Assembly: GCA_963753745.1 (NCBI GenBank) | Contig: CAVWDX010000011.1 | Coordinates: 81,071 to 145,070, forward strand | Length of the DNA: 64,000 bases | From: an uncultured Acidobacteriota bacterium | GTDB taxonomy: Bacteria; Acidobacteriota; Terriglobia; Acidiferrales; UBA7541 | Direction of reading: 5' to 3' | Part shown: positions 18,497 through 27,665 of the stretch, piece by piece | Layout of the letters: each line of letters begins with the position of its first letter | Numbering within the stretch: the first letter of the stretch is position 1 | Made by a program: the position numbers and the translations under genes | Notes under the pieces: model-generated | Seen by the model: only the letters and a program-made list of their open reading frames with translations | What the model was told of the DNA's origin: nothing | Database searches by the model: none

Positions 18497-19933
18497 ATGA
18501 GCTTGACAATTGCGGAGAGGATCGAGAGGTTGCCGCTGGGGGGATTTCACCGGCGGTTTATCGGGCTGGTGTCGCTGGGGAATTTTTTTGATTTGTACGA
18601 CATTTTCATTGTGGCGTACATCGGCGCGGCTTTGCAGCAGTCCGGTTTTATTTCCCTGAGACAATTTACGTTTTTTGTGGCGGCGGGATTTTTGGGGATG
18701 TTTGTGGGGACGGTCGTGTTCGGGATGGGCAGCGACCGGATGGGGCGGCGGAGCGCGTTTGTTTTGCTGCTGCTGATTTATTCGGTGTTTACGTTTGCGG
18801 ATGCGTTTGCGGTTTCGGCGGCGTGGCTGATTGGGTTGCGGTTTTTTGCGGGGATTGGGATTGGCGCGGAAATTGTGGTAGTGGATACGTACGTCACGGA
18901 AGTGGTGCCGAGCTACGCGCGCGGACGGTACGTGGCAATTACGCAGGTAGCGGGATTTTGCGCGGTGCCCGTGGCGGCGGTGCTTTCGCGGGTGCTGGTG
19001 CCGACGCATTTTTGGATGAGCGGGTGGAGATGGGTGATGGTGATTGGAGCGTCGGGGGCGCTGCTGACTTGGTGGTTCCGACGGAGATTGCCGGAATCGC
19101 CGAGATGGTTGGAGAGCAGGGGACGGGCGGCGGAGGCGGACGCGATTATGTCGGGGCTGGAGAATGAGTCGTTTTCTGGTACGGGAAGAAGTGGCGAGCG
19201 GCGAGTGACGAGTGGCGAGAAGGAAAAGAAAAGCAAATCCCTTCCGACAGAGTCGGAACCTTCGGTCGCTTCGCTCGGGATGACAGAAAAACAAAACGGG
19301 ATGAGGAACACGGACGGCCGGGAGGGGAAAGGATCGTTTGGGGAGTTGTGGAGGCGGCCTTATCTGTCGCGGACGGTGATGCTGGTGATTTTTCAGGCGT
19401 TGCAGACGATCGGGTTTTATGGATTTGCGAATTGGGCGCCAACGTTTTTACTGAAGAGGGGAGTTTCGCTGCTGCATTCGCTGGAGTACACGATGTTGAT
19501 CGCGCTGGTGTCGCCCGTGGGACCGCTGCTGGCGGCCTGGACGGCGGACCGGTTCGAACGGAAATGGACGATTGTGGTGCTGGCGTTGATGGTGGCTGGA
19601 CTTGGAATTGGATTTGGGAATTCGATTGCGCCCGCGGCAGTCGTAGGATTTGGGGCGCTTTTGACGCTGGCGAATTATTGGTTTTCAGCGGCGTTTCATG
19701 CGTACCAAGCGGAATTGTTTCCAACGCGATTGCGCGGGACGGGCGTAGGGTTTACGTATAGCTGGAGCCGGTTGAGCGCGGCGTTTAGTTCGATTTTGAT
19801 CGGGGCGGTTTTGGTGCATGGAGTGCCAGCGGTGTTTGCGATGCTGGCAGTGGCGATGGGATTGGCGGCCCTTGTGGTGGCAACAATGGGGCCAGCGACA
19901 AATCGGATGGTGTTGGAGGAGATTTCGGGGTGA
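18497..19933 (+). CDS. MFS transporter (sugar porter / aromatic acid:H+ symporter-like) with a repeat-derived insert in the central loop
   Basis: FFDLYD, GSDRMGRR, GIGAE, LPESPRWL, AELFPTRLRGTG motifs; ATG 18497 preferred over the ORF-track start. Confidence 0.88.
   Translation: MSLTIAERIERLPLGGFHRRFIGLVSLGNFFDLYDIFIVAYIGAALQQSGFISLRQFTFFVAAGFLGMFVGTVVFGMGSDRMGRRSAFVLLLLIYSVFTFADAFAVSAAWLIGLRFFAGIGIGAEIVVVDTYVTEVVPSYARGRYVAITQVAGFCAVPVAAVLSRVLVPTHFWMSGWRWVMVIGASGALLTWWFRRRLPESPRWLESRGRAAEADAIMSGLENESFSGTGRSGERRVTSGEKEKKSKSLPTESEPSVASLGMTEKQNGMRNTDGREGKGSFGELWRRPYLSRTVMLVIFQALQTIGFYGFANWAPTFLLKRGVSLLHSLEYTMLIALVSPVGPLLAAWTADRFERKWTIVVLALMVAGLGIGFGNSIAPAAVVGFGALLTLANYWFSAAFHAYQAELFPTRLRGTGVGFTYSWSRLSAAFSSILIGAVLVHGVPAVFAMLAVAMGLAALVVATMGPATNRMVLEEISG
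19190..19285 (+). repeat. heptamer array plus a 57-nt dispersed repeat inside the MFS coding sequence
   Basis: AGTGGCG AGCGGCG AGTGACG AGTGGCG, then 19229-19285, which is 54/57 identical to intergenic 52874-52930. Confidence 0.9.
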
Positions 19934-20015
19934 GAAACGAAGGAAGATTGAACGCCAAGGCTGAAGATCTCAGATAGACAGTTCTCGCGAACGGCGCTTT
20001 CAGCAAGATAGAAGA

Positions 20016-20038
20016 GCACAGGCTGAAGCCTGTGCCAC
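20016..20038. repeat. REP-like hairpin
   Basis: GCACAGGC-TGAA-GCCTGTGC-CAC, same family as 16093, 18319 and 18467. Confidence 0.75.
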
Positions 20039-20089
20039 TGGCGGGTGTGCTAGCATCGGGGATTGTGTTTTGAGCGAGGGTCGAAGTAG

Positions 20090-21147
20090 ATGGCGACGAC
20101 GATGAACGCACTCCGGAAGATGCGTGCCGGACGCGGGTTGTCGATGGAAACGGAGCCGGTGCCCGCGATTGGCGCGGGAGACGTGCTCGTACGCGTGAAG
20201 ACGGCATCGATCTGCGGCACGGATCTGCATATTTATGGATGGGACCGGTGGTCGCAAGGACGGATCAAGCCGCCATTGACGCTGGGGCACGAGTTTTGCG
20301 GTGATCGTCGAGCGCGTGGGCGAGGAAGTGACGGCGGTGAAGGCGGGGGACTTTCGTCAGCGCGGAGATGCATGTGAATTGCGGGCACTGCCACCAGTGC
20401 CGGCTGGGCGAAGCGCATATTTGCCAAAATCTACGGATCATCGGGATCGATCAGGATGGGGCATTCGCGGAGTTTGTGAAGATCCCCGCGTCCAACATCT
20501 GGAAACTTGACTCGGCCATCCCCGAACATTACGGCGCGATTCTCGATCCCCTCGGAAACGCAGTGCATACCGTGCTGGCGGGACCGATCGCGGGGCAGAC
20601 GGTACTGGTGACGGGATGCGGACCGATCGGGTTGATGTCCATCGCCGTGGCGAAGGCATGCGGTAGCTCGACAGTGTTTGCGACGGAGACGAACGAGAAC
20701 CGGCGCGCGATGGCGAAAAAAATGGGCGCTGACGTGGTACTGAATCCCGCGGGGGAAGACGCGGTTGCAAGAATTTTGAGCGCGACGGACGGCACAGGTG
20801 TGGATGCGCTGCTGGAGATGAGCGGGAATCCCACGGCCATCCAGCAAGGGTTTAAAGCGCTGCGGGCGGGTGGCCGAGCATCGCTGCTGGGGATACCCAC
20901 GGAAAACGTGCCGCTGGATTTGGTGAACGACGTGATTTTCAAGGGCGCGACCGTGCAGGGAATTTACGGGCGGCGAATGTATGGGACATGGGTGCAGATG
21001 ACGGCGCTGCTGAAGGCGGGGCGGCTGAATTTGGAGCCGCTGTTTGGGGAACGAGAGCCGCTGGAAAAGTTTGAGAATGCGTTTGCAAAATTGCAGGGCG
21101 GGTTGGCGGGGAAGATTTTGCTCTATCCGAACGGAATGCCGCGCTAA
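20090..21147 (+). pseudogene. tdh: L-threonine 3-dehydrogenase with two +1 frameshifts (about 20303 and 20355)
   Basis: ICGTDLHIY and GHEFCG in frame 1; IVERVGEEVTAVKAGDF in frame 2; VSAEMHVNCGHCHQC...GCGPIG in frame 3; adjacent to kbl. May be sequencing errors. Confidence 0.85.
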
Positions 21148-21249
21148 GCGAATTCCGTTCCTTGCTTTATTTTCGAATTGATTGCTCAGAGCCGCCAGCT
21201 AACGCAGAATAGAAGCTCCACCAGCCTAGTCCACTTCAGGAGTGCCATC

Positions 21250-22464
21250 ATGTCTGATACCGCAACGCTTGCAACAAAGACGAATCCGACGCAATACATT
21301 TCCGACCAGCTGAACGAGCTGAGGGCGAAAGGCGTGGCGCCGAAACTGCGCGTGCTGGAGGGCGAGCAGAAGCCGGTTTGCATTTTTGACGGGCGGGAAG
21401 TGATCAACCTGGCCTCGAACAACTATCTGGGATTGACGACACACAAATCGTTACGCAAGGCGGCGCTAGACGCGGTGAAGCGATACGGTGTCGGAGCTGG
21501 CGCGGTGCGCACGATCGCCGGGACGATGAAGATTCACATGGAGCTGGAGGAGCAAATCGCACGGTTTAAGAATGTGGAAGCGTGCGTGGTGTTCCAATCG
21601 GGATTCACGGCCAACGCGGGAACGGTTTCGGCAGTGCTGGGCAAGGAAGACTTAATTATCTCGGATGAGTTGAATCACGCGTCAATCATCGACGGAGCGC
21701 GGCTTTCGAAAGCGACCATCAAGGTGTTCAAGCACAAGGACGTTGCGGACTGTGAGCGGATTTTGCAGGAGAACGCCGAGTTTCCCGGCAAAAAGTTGAT
21801 CATTACGGACGGCGTTTTTTCGATGGACGGCGACATTGCGCCGCTTCCGGCGCTTTGCGGCCTCGCGGAAAAGTACAACTGCATCATGATGGTGGACGAC
21901 GCGCACTCGAGCGGAGTGCTGGGGCGAGGGGGGCGCGGCACGATCGATCATTTCGGCGTTCATGGGCGAGTGCACATCCAGGTCGGAACATTGAGCAAGG
22001 CGATAGGAGCGATGGGAGGATATGTTTGCGGGTCGCGCGATCTGATCGACTTCCTCTATTTGCGGGCACGGCCGTTTTTATTTTCGACTTCTCATCCGCC
22101 GGCTACGGCGGCGGCCTGCCAGGCGGCGTTCACTTTGCTGGATTCGCCGGAGGGCGAGAAGCTGGTGAAAAAGCTCTGGGCCAACACAAAAATGTTCAAG
22201 CGCGAACTGAAGAAGCGCGGCTTCCAATTCAAAGCGAGCGAGACCCCAATCATTCCCATACACGTGGGAGACGCGGCGAAGGCTTACGAATTTTCGAAGA
22301 AGGTGTTTGAGGCGGGCGTGTTTGCCCCAGCGGTGGGGTACCCGACCGTGGCGGAAGGCAAAGCTCGGCTGAGCGCTATCGTGAGCGCGACGCACAAGAG
22401 AGAGCAACTGTTGCGGGCCGCTGATATTCTCGCTGAGGTTGGAAGACCACTGGGCATTATCTGA
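21250..22464 (+). CDS. kbl: glycine C-acetyltransferase (2-amino-3-ketobutyrate CoA ligase), AONS family
   Basis: SNNYLGL, DELNHASIIDG, TDGVFSMDGD, DDAH, GTLSKA (PLP lysine); follows tdh; SD AGGAG. Confidence 0.85.
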   Translation: MSDTATLATKTNPTQYISDQLNELRAKGVAPKLRVLEGEQKPVCIFDGREVINLASNNYLGLTTHKSLRKAALDAVKRYGVGAGAVRTIAGTMKIHMELEEQIARFKNVEACVVFQSGFTANAGTVSAVLGKEDLIISDELNHASIIDGARLSKATIKVFKHKDVADCERILQENAEFPGKKLIITDGVFSMDGDIAPLPALCGLAEKYNCIMMVDDAHSSGVLGRGGRGTIDHFGVHGRVHIQVGTLSKAIGAMGGYVCGSRDLIDFLYLRARPFLFSTSHPPATAAACQAAFTLLDSPEGEKLVKKLWANTKMFKRELKKRGFQFKASETPIIPIHVGDAAKAYEFSKKVFEAGVFAPAVGYPTVAEGKARLSAIVSATHKREQLLRAADILAEVGRPLGII

Positions 22465-22711
22465 ATGGGGAACCCGCCGAGCCTCACGAGTTTGGCGCGG
22501 TGTAAAACTTACCAAGAATAGGGCGAAATTTCGGGAGTAAGACTCATCAGGCAGGGACTAAAAATACCCCTATCTTATTGATTGTATTATTCTTATTGGT
22601 TGGAATTCATTTTGCCTCTATCAAAATGGGTCTTCATGACCCCTTATACGGCTGAGGGTCTAATTCAGCTTGGGCAAGTTGGACATAAGAATATTGGGAG
22701 GGATTCGCATC

Positions 22712-23719
22712 ATGAACCTAATTGGATTGAAGTTTTTCACTGTGACCCTGATCGCGGGGTTTGCGGCGGCAAGCGCAGTTGCACGGCCGCAAGCAGGAGC
22801 GCAAGCCAGCGCGCAATCGAGCGCTCAGGCGTCCGCGGATGTGAGCAAGCAGGGAGCGCAAGCTTCCGCGAATGGCTCAACGGCAGCCTCCGGCGCGGCG
22901 AACAGGGGAACGAACGAGGCGGCGCTTGCAAGTGGCTCGACAATCAACGCTACATTGAATGCTCCTCTAGACTCAAAAAAGTGCAAGCCTGGTGATCCGG
23001 TGAGGGCGCGCACGAGCGAGCCTGTAAAGTCCAGCGGCAAGACGGTTTTTCCGAAAGGAACCAAACTAGAAGGACACGTCACACAGGCTTCGTCGCGAGC
23101 CAAAGGCGACTCGGAATCGGCGATTGGCATCGTGTTTGACAAAGCCATCCTCAAGAACGGCGAGGAAGTTCCCTTGCATGTGGCGATTCAAGCGATCGCC
23201 TCGTCACAAGCGAGCGCGGCGGCCGCGGGTTCCGATTTCGATTCGATGGGCAGCATGGGCACATCGGCGGCGGGCTCGGGAATGGCCAGTGGGCGCGGCG
23301 GAATTGGGGGTCTAACCTCCACGGCGGGTGGCACAGTTGGTTCGGTTACAAATACGGCCGCCAACGTCGACGGAACAGCGGGTGGTGCATTGAGTTCGGC
23401 TACGAATGCAGCAGGAAGCGCTACCGGAACGTCAAGGGGAGCCGTCGGCGGATTGAATGCCGCCGGGCAACTCACCTCTGGCAGCCAAGGCGTTTTCGGC
23501 TTGAACGGGCTAAACTTGAACTCTGCGACCGCGAACAGCACGCAGGGATCGTTGATTACTTCGGCGGGGAAAAACCTGCATCTCGACAGCGGCACGCAGA
23601 TGTTGCTCGTTTCGCAGCCAGAGACAGGCGCACGGGGCGAATCCCAGCAGCCGAAGTATGATAGCCACGAGCCGAAATCCCGGCCGCAGCCTCGGACCGA
23701 GAGACCAAACCAAAAGTAA
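22712..23719 (+). CDS. exported Gly/Ala/Ser-rich hypothetical protein
   Basis: Signal peptide; folded-looking segment (TINATLNAPLDSKK...GTKLEGHVT...IGIVFDKA) followed by low-complexity G/A/S/T sequence. Confidence 0.7.
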   Translation: MNLIGLKFFTVTLIAGFAAASAVARPQAGAQASAQSSAQASADVSKQGAQASANGSTAASGAANRGTNEAALASGSTINATLNAPLDSKKCKPGDPVRARTSEPVKSSGKTVFPKGTKLEGHVTQASSRAKGDSESAIGIVFDKAILKNGEEVPLHVAIQAIASSQASAAAAGSDFDSMGSMGTSAAGSGMASGRGGIGGLTSTAGGTVGSVTNTAANVDGTAGGALSSATNAAGSATGTSRGAVGGLNAAGQLTSGSQGVFGLNGLNLNSATANSTQGSLITSAGKNLHLDSGTQMLLVSQPETGARGESQQPKYDSHEPKSRPQPRTERPNQK

Positions 23720-23741
23720 ACTGAACGCGTAGTTTTCCGCT

Positions 23742-23783
23742 GACCGCCGGGGAACAAGAATATCCTGGCGGTCGGTGTTTTTT
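23742..23783 (+). terminator. Rho-independent terminator
   Basis: GACCGCCGGGGA / TCCTGGCGGTC stem followed by GGTGTTTTTT. Confidence 0.6.
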
Positions 23784-23822
23784 GCCGCTGTACTGACAGC
23801 TGCAAATTGTGCGCCGCCGCTT

Positions 23823-23831
23823 TGCTATACT
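23823..23831 (+). promoter_or_regulatory. extended -10 promoter 7 nt before the polA ATG
   Basis: TGcTATACT-cgcggac-ATG; no SD. Confidence 0.55.
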
Positions 23832-23838
23832 CGCGGAC

Positions 23839-26466
23839 ATGCCTGCCGCGCCGAAAAAACTGTTCCTGGTGGATGCGATGGCGCACATCTACCGGGCTTT
23901 TTTTGCGCCGATGAACCGCATGAATGCGCCATCGGGCATCCCGACCAAAGTTCCGTTTCTTTTTTCCAACATTTTGCGCAGGCTGATCAAGGATTACCAG
24001 CCGGACTACATTGGGATCGTGTTTGATCCGCCGGGGCCGACCTTCCGCGACAAATTGTTCGACAAATATAAGGCGCAGCGCGCGCCGATGCCGGATGACA
24101 TGAAGGTGCAGTTGCCGTATGTGCGCAAACTGTGCGAAGCAATGCGGCTGCCGATTTTGGAGTTACGCGGTTACGAGGCGGACGACGTGATTGGGGCGAT
24201 GGCGCTGCAAGCCGCGAAAAAGAAGATCGAGGTTTTAATCGTCACGAACGACAAGGACATGATGCAGCTGGTGGGGAAAAACGTCCGCACGCTGCGAACG
24301 GGTTCGGGAGGAGCGAAGGCAGACGTCATCGTCGATGAAAGAAAAGTGGAAGAAATTCTTGGCGTGCCGCCGGAGAAGGTGATCGACGTGATGGCGCTGA
24401 TGGGGGACACGGTCGATAACATTCCCGGAGCGAAAGGAATTGGAGAGAAAGGCGCTACCGAGCTGATCCGGAAATACGGGAGCGTCGAAGACGCGCTCGA
24501 CCACGCGGATGAAGTGCCGAACAAGCGCTATCGCGAAGCGCTACAGCAGCAGCGCGAGCAGGTGATGATGTCAAAACAGCTCGCCACGATTGCCACGGAT
24601 GTTCCCATGGAGCTGGATTTGCAGCAGCTGGAGAGACGAGAACCGGACGTCGCGGCCCTTGCTTCGCTGTATCGGGAGCTGGGATTCAACTCCTTGCTGA
24701 GAGAGCTGGGATCCGAAGCGGTGTCTTCCTCGGCGCCGGCGAGCGATAGCAGCCGCGCAAAGAAGGATTATGCGCAGCTCGCGAACGCCGTGGAGTTTCA
24801 GGAGTATCTGGCGAAAATTCCCGTGAAGCAGCCGGTGGCCTTGTGGCTGAATCTTGAACTCGGCGACCGGGAATCGGAAGGGTTTGGCACGCACATCGCG
24901 TCGATTGAGGTTTCTTCGAAAGTGGACGAAGGGCGTTCTGTGTGGCTCGACGAAAAAGACGAGGCGCTGAAAACGCTTGCTCCGTTTCTTGCTGACGCAA
25001 AGCGCGCAAAAATCGTTCACGATCCCAAACTGTTTCAGCTTCTCGCTGGGCGCGCAGCGAATGTAAAGCACGCCACGCAACTGTATTCGTATCTGCTGCG
25101 GCCGACGACGGCCAATCACAATTTTGCCGACGTGGTGATGCGCCAGTTCAACGTGATGCTCGGTGGTGGACCCGGGGAGCGCGCGGACTACCTTCAGCGC
25201 CTTGCGCCCATTCTACGCGCGCAGATCGACGAGCAGGAGCTTGCCGACGTTTATGAAAAGATTGACTTGCCGCTCGCTCCGGTGCTTGCCGACATGGAAC
25301 GCATCGGAATCCGCTTGGACCCGAAGGAACTGGAGAAGATGTCCAAGTCGATGGAGAAAGAAGTCCGGCGGCTGGAAAAGGAGATTTGGAAACTTGCCGG
25401 AAATGAATTCAACATCAACTCGCCGGCGCAGCTTGCGGAAATCTTGTTCGACAAGCTGAACCTGCAGCCGCCGGCGCGGCGCGGGAAAGGGAAAGTGCGA
25501 TCGACCGCGGCGGACATTCTGGAGGAGATGGCCGCGCAGCATCCGCTGCCCGCGAAAATCATCGAGTTTCGGGAGATTTCGAAACTCAAATCGACGTATG
25601 TGGATGCGCTGCCGAAATTGATCCACCCGGAAACCGGGCGACTGCACACGAGCTTTTCGCAGACGACGGCGGCGACCGGCAGGCTCAGTTCGAGCGATCC
25701 CAATTTGCAGAATATTCCGATCCGCACGGAACTTGGACGCGAGATTCGTGCGGCATTTATCGCGGAGAAGGGCAAGATCCTGCTCTCAGCGGATTATTCG
25801 CAGATTGAGCTGCGCGTTATGGCGCATTTTTCCGGCGATCCGGTTCTAACCGACGCGTTCCGCAACGGAGAAGACATCCACGCGCGCACGGCGCAGGAAG
25901 TGTTCGGCGTGGGCCCCATGGCGCAAAACGCGGAGCACCGGCGCGCGGCAAAGGCCATCAATTTTGGGATTATTTATGGCCTTTCGGCGTTTGGACTGGC
26001 GCAGCAGCTTGACATCGGACAGAAAGAAGCCGCGCAATTCATCAGCGCGTATTTTACGCGGTACCGCGGAGTGAAAGAGTTTCTGGACAAAATTCTCGCG
26101 GAAACGCGCAAGACAGGCGTGGCGAAGACGCTTTTCGGAAGAATCCGGCCGATCCCGGAGATCAATTCTCCGCAAGCGCAGCTTCGCAGTTTTGCGGAGC
26201 GCACAGCCTTGAATTCGCCGTTGCAAGGGACAGCGGCGGACCTGATCAAGCTGGCGATGATCAATATCGACAATCGGCTGGCTTCGGAGGAATTTGAGGC
26301 GAAAATGATTTTGCAGGTGCACGATGAACTGCTGTTCGAAACCCCGCCAAAAGAACAGGCCAAACTCGAAAAACTTGTCCGTGAAGAAATGGAAGGCGTG
26401 CACAAGCTCGCGGTCCCGCTCGTGGTGGAGATTTGCTCTGGCCCCAATTGGCGAGATCTCGAGTGA
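23839..26466 (+). CDS. polA: DNA polymerase I
   Basis: 5'-3' exonuclease (LVDAMAHIYRAF, EADDVIG, GDTVDNIPG) and polymerase motifs (RLSSSDPNLQNIP, ADYSQIELR, KAINFGIIYG, QVHDELLFE). Confidence 0.97.
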   Translation: MPAAPKKLFLVDAMAHIYRAFFAPMNRMNAPSGIPTKVPFLFSNILRRLIKDYQPDYIGIVFDPPGPTFRDKLFDKYKAQRAPMPDDMKVQLPYVRKLCEAMRLPILELRGYEADDVIGAMALQAAKKKIEVLIVTNDKDMMQLVGKNVRTLRTGSGGAKADVIVDERKVEEILGVPPEKVIDVMALMGDTVDNIPGAKGIGEKGATELIRKYGSVEDALDHADEVPNKRYREALQQQREQVMMSKQLATIATDVPMELDLQQLERREPDVAALASLYRELGFNSLLRELGSEAVSSSAPASDSSRAKKDYAQLANAVEFQEYLAKIPVKQPVALWLNLELGDRESEGFGTHIASIEVSSKVDEGRSVWLDEKDEALKTLAPFLADAKRAKIVHDPKLFQLLAGRAANVKHATQLYSYLLRPTTANHNFADVVMRQFNVMLGGGPGERADYLQRLAPILRAQIDEQELADVYEKIDLPLAPVLADMERIGIRLDPKELEKMSKSMEKEVRRLEKEIWKLAGNEFNINSPAQLAEILFDKLNLQPPARRGKGKVRSTAADILEEMAAQHPLPAKIIEFREISKLKSTYVDALPKLIHPETGRLHTSFSQTTAATGRLSSSDPNLQNIPIRTELGREIRAAFIAEKGKILLSADYSQIELRVMAHFSGDPVLTDAFRNGEDIHARTAQEVFGVGPMAQNAEHRRAAKAINFGIIYGLSAFGLAQQLDIGQKEAAQFISAYFTRYRGVKEFLDKILAETRKTGVAKTLFGRIRPIPEINSPQAQLRSFAERTALNSPLQGTAADLIKLAMINIDNRLASEEFEAKMILQVHDELLFETPPKEQAKLEKLVREEMEGVHKLAVPLVVEICSGPNWRDLE

Positions 26467-26580
26467 ACACGTTCTGAACGAGTCTTAAGCTGTATTTTCC
26501 CGCTCCCTGGGCGTAGAATCCGCACAAAGAATTTCGCCGATTCCCTTCGCTCGGCCGGCCAGTGGTGTTAGGAGGAAAGT

Positions 26581-27045
26581 ATGCGCAAAGTCTTCTTGGT
26601 TGCAGGTGCGGTTTTTATCGCAAGTCTTGGAATGGCGAGAGCCAAACAGGAAAACACGCAAGAAAAACCGAAGGATTCTCAAGCCGCGACGGAGGAATCC
26701 AAGATCCCCCAGGAAGACATCGACAAGAAAAATCCGGTGAAGCCCACGCCGGAGGGGCTCGCGGCGGCGCGCAAGGTTTACGGCTATGATTGCGAGATGT
26801 GCCACGGCGCGAACGGAGACGGCAAGGGCGACGTCGTCGAGTCGATGAAGTTGACGATGCCCGATTTCCGCGATCCGGCAGTGCTAGCGGGCAAGACCGA
26901 CGGCGAGCTTTTCTACGTCATTACCAAGGGCAAGGGGAAAATGATGGGAGAAGGCGATCGCGTGCCGCAAACGATGCGCTGGAACCTGGTGAACCTGGTG
27001 CGTTCTTACTCGAAGAAAGATGCGGGAGAAAAGCCCGCGCCCTGA
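26581..27045 (+). CDS. monoheme c-type cytochrome, exported
   Basis: Signal peptide; CEMCHG; TDGELFYVITKGKGKM; SD AGGAGG. Confidence 0.88.
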   Translation: MRKVFLVAGAVFIASLGMARAKQENTQEKPKDSQAATEESKIPQEDIDKKNPVKPTPEGLAAARKVYGYDCEMCHGANGDGKGDVVESMKLTMPDFRDPAVLAGKTDGELFYVITKGKGKMMGEGDRVPQTMRWNLVNLVRSYSKKDAGEKPAP

Positions 27046-27190
27046 CGGGTTGAAGTTCTCATCGAGGCGTACCGCGGCATGCCAGATGATGGGCTAAGCG
27101 CGCGAATCCTGCTCAAGAGCAGCTGCTAGGCGAAGCGTTTGCCCGTCGTGCTGCGCTTTTTTTTGATCCAAATGCATTCCGGAGGATTTT

Positions 27191-27562
27191 ATGGTTCACG
27201 CACCACAATTCTTGAAGCTTGTTCAGGAGACGCGGCCGCGCGTGAAGGAAACAAATGTTCCCGATGTCAAGAGGCGGATGGATGCGGGTGAGAAAATGCT
27301 TCTGGTGGACGTGCGCGAAGACCACGAATGGGTCAAAGGGCATCTCCCTGGTGCCGTGCACATGGGCAGGGGTGTAATAGAGCGGGATATCGAGCAGAAA
27401 GTCCCCGATACAAACGCCAAACTTGTGCTTTACTGCGGTGGCGGTTATCGCTCTGTGCTTGTCGCGGATAATCTGCAAAAAATGGGCTACACGAATGTGG
27501 AATCGATGGACGGCGGGTGGAGAGGCTGGACGGAAGCTGGTTTGCCGACCGTCCGGGATTAG
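27191..27562 (+). CDS. rhodanese-like domain protein
   Basis: LVDVREDHEW, GHLPGA, LYCGGGYRS, SMDGGWRGW. Confidence 0.9.
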   Translation: MVHAPQFLKLVQETRPRVKETNVPDVKRRMDAGEKMLLVDVREDHEWVKGHLPGAVHMGRGVIERDIEQKVPDTNAKLVLYCGGGYRSVLVADNLQKMGYTNVESMDGGWRGWTEAGLPTVRD

Positions 27563-27589
27563 ACGTGAGCGAACTTATCTCAAGGAAAT

Positions 27590-27665
27590 TGGCTGGGGCG
27601 GGAGGATTCGAACCTCCACCGTCCTCATTAACAGTGAGGTGTCCTACCGATTGGACCACGCCCCA
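27590..27665 (-). tRNA. tRNA-Asn (GTT), 76 nt with encoded CCA
   Basis: Cloverleaf: TGGGGCG/CGCCCCA acceptor, GTCC/GGAC D stem, CCTCA-CTGTTAA-TGAGG anticodon arm, GGAGG-TTCGAAT-CCTCC T arm, G73, CCA. Confidence 0.95.

Noticed and set aside
26465-26479. GAAC-N7-GAAC, resembling an acidobacterial/alphaproteobacterial LexA box
   Set aside because: It overlaps the polA stop and precedes a cytochrome c; about two such matches are expected by chance in 64 kb on both strands, and I saw none upstream of uvrA.
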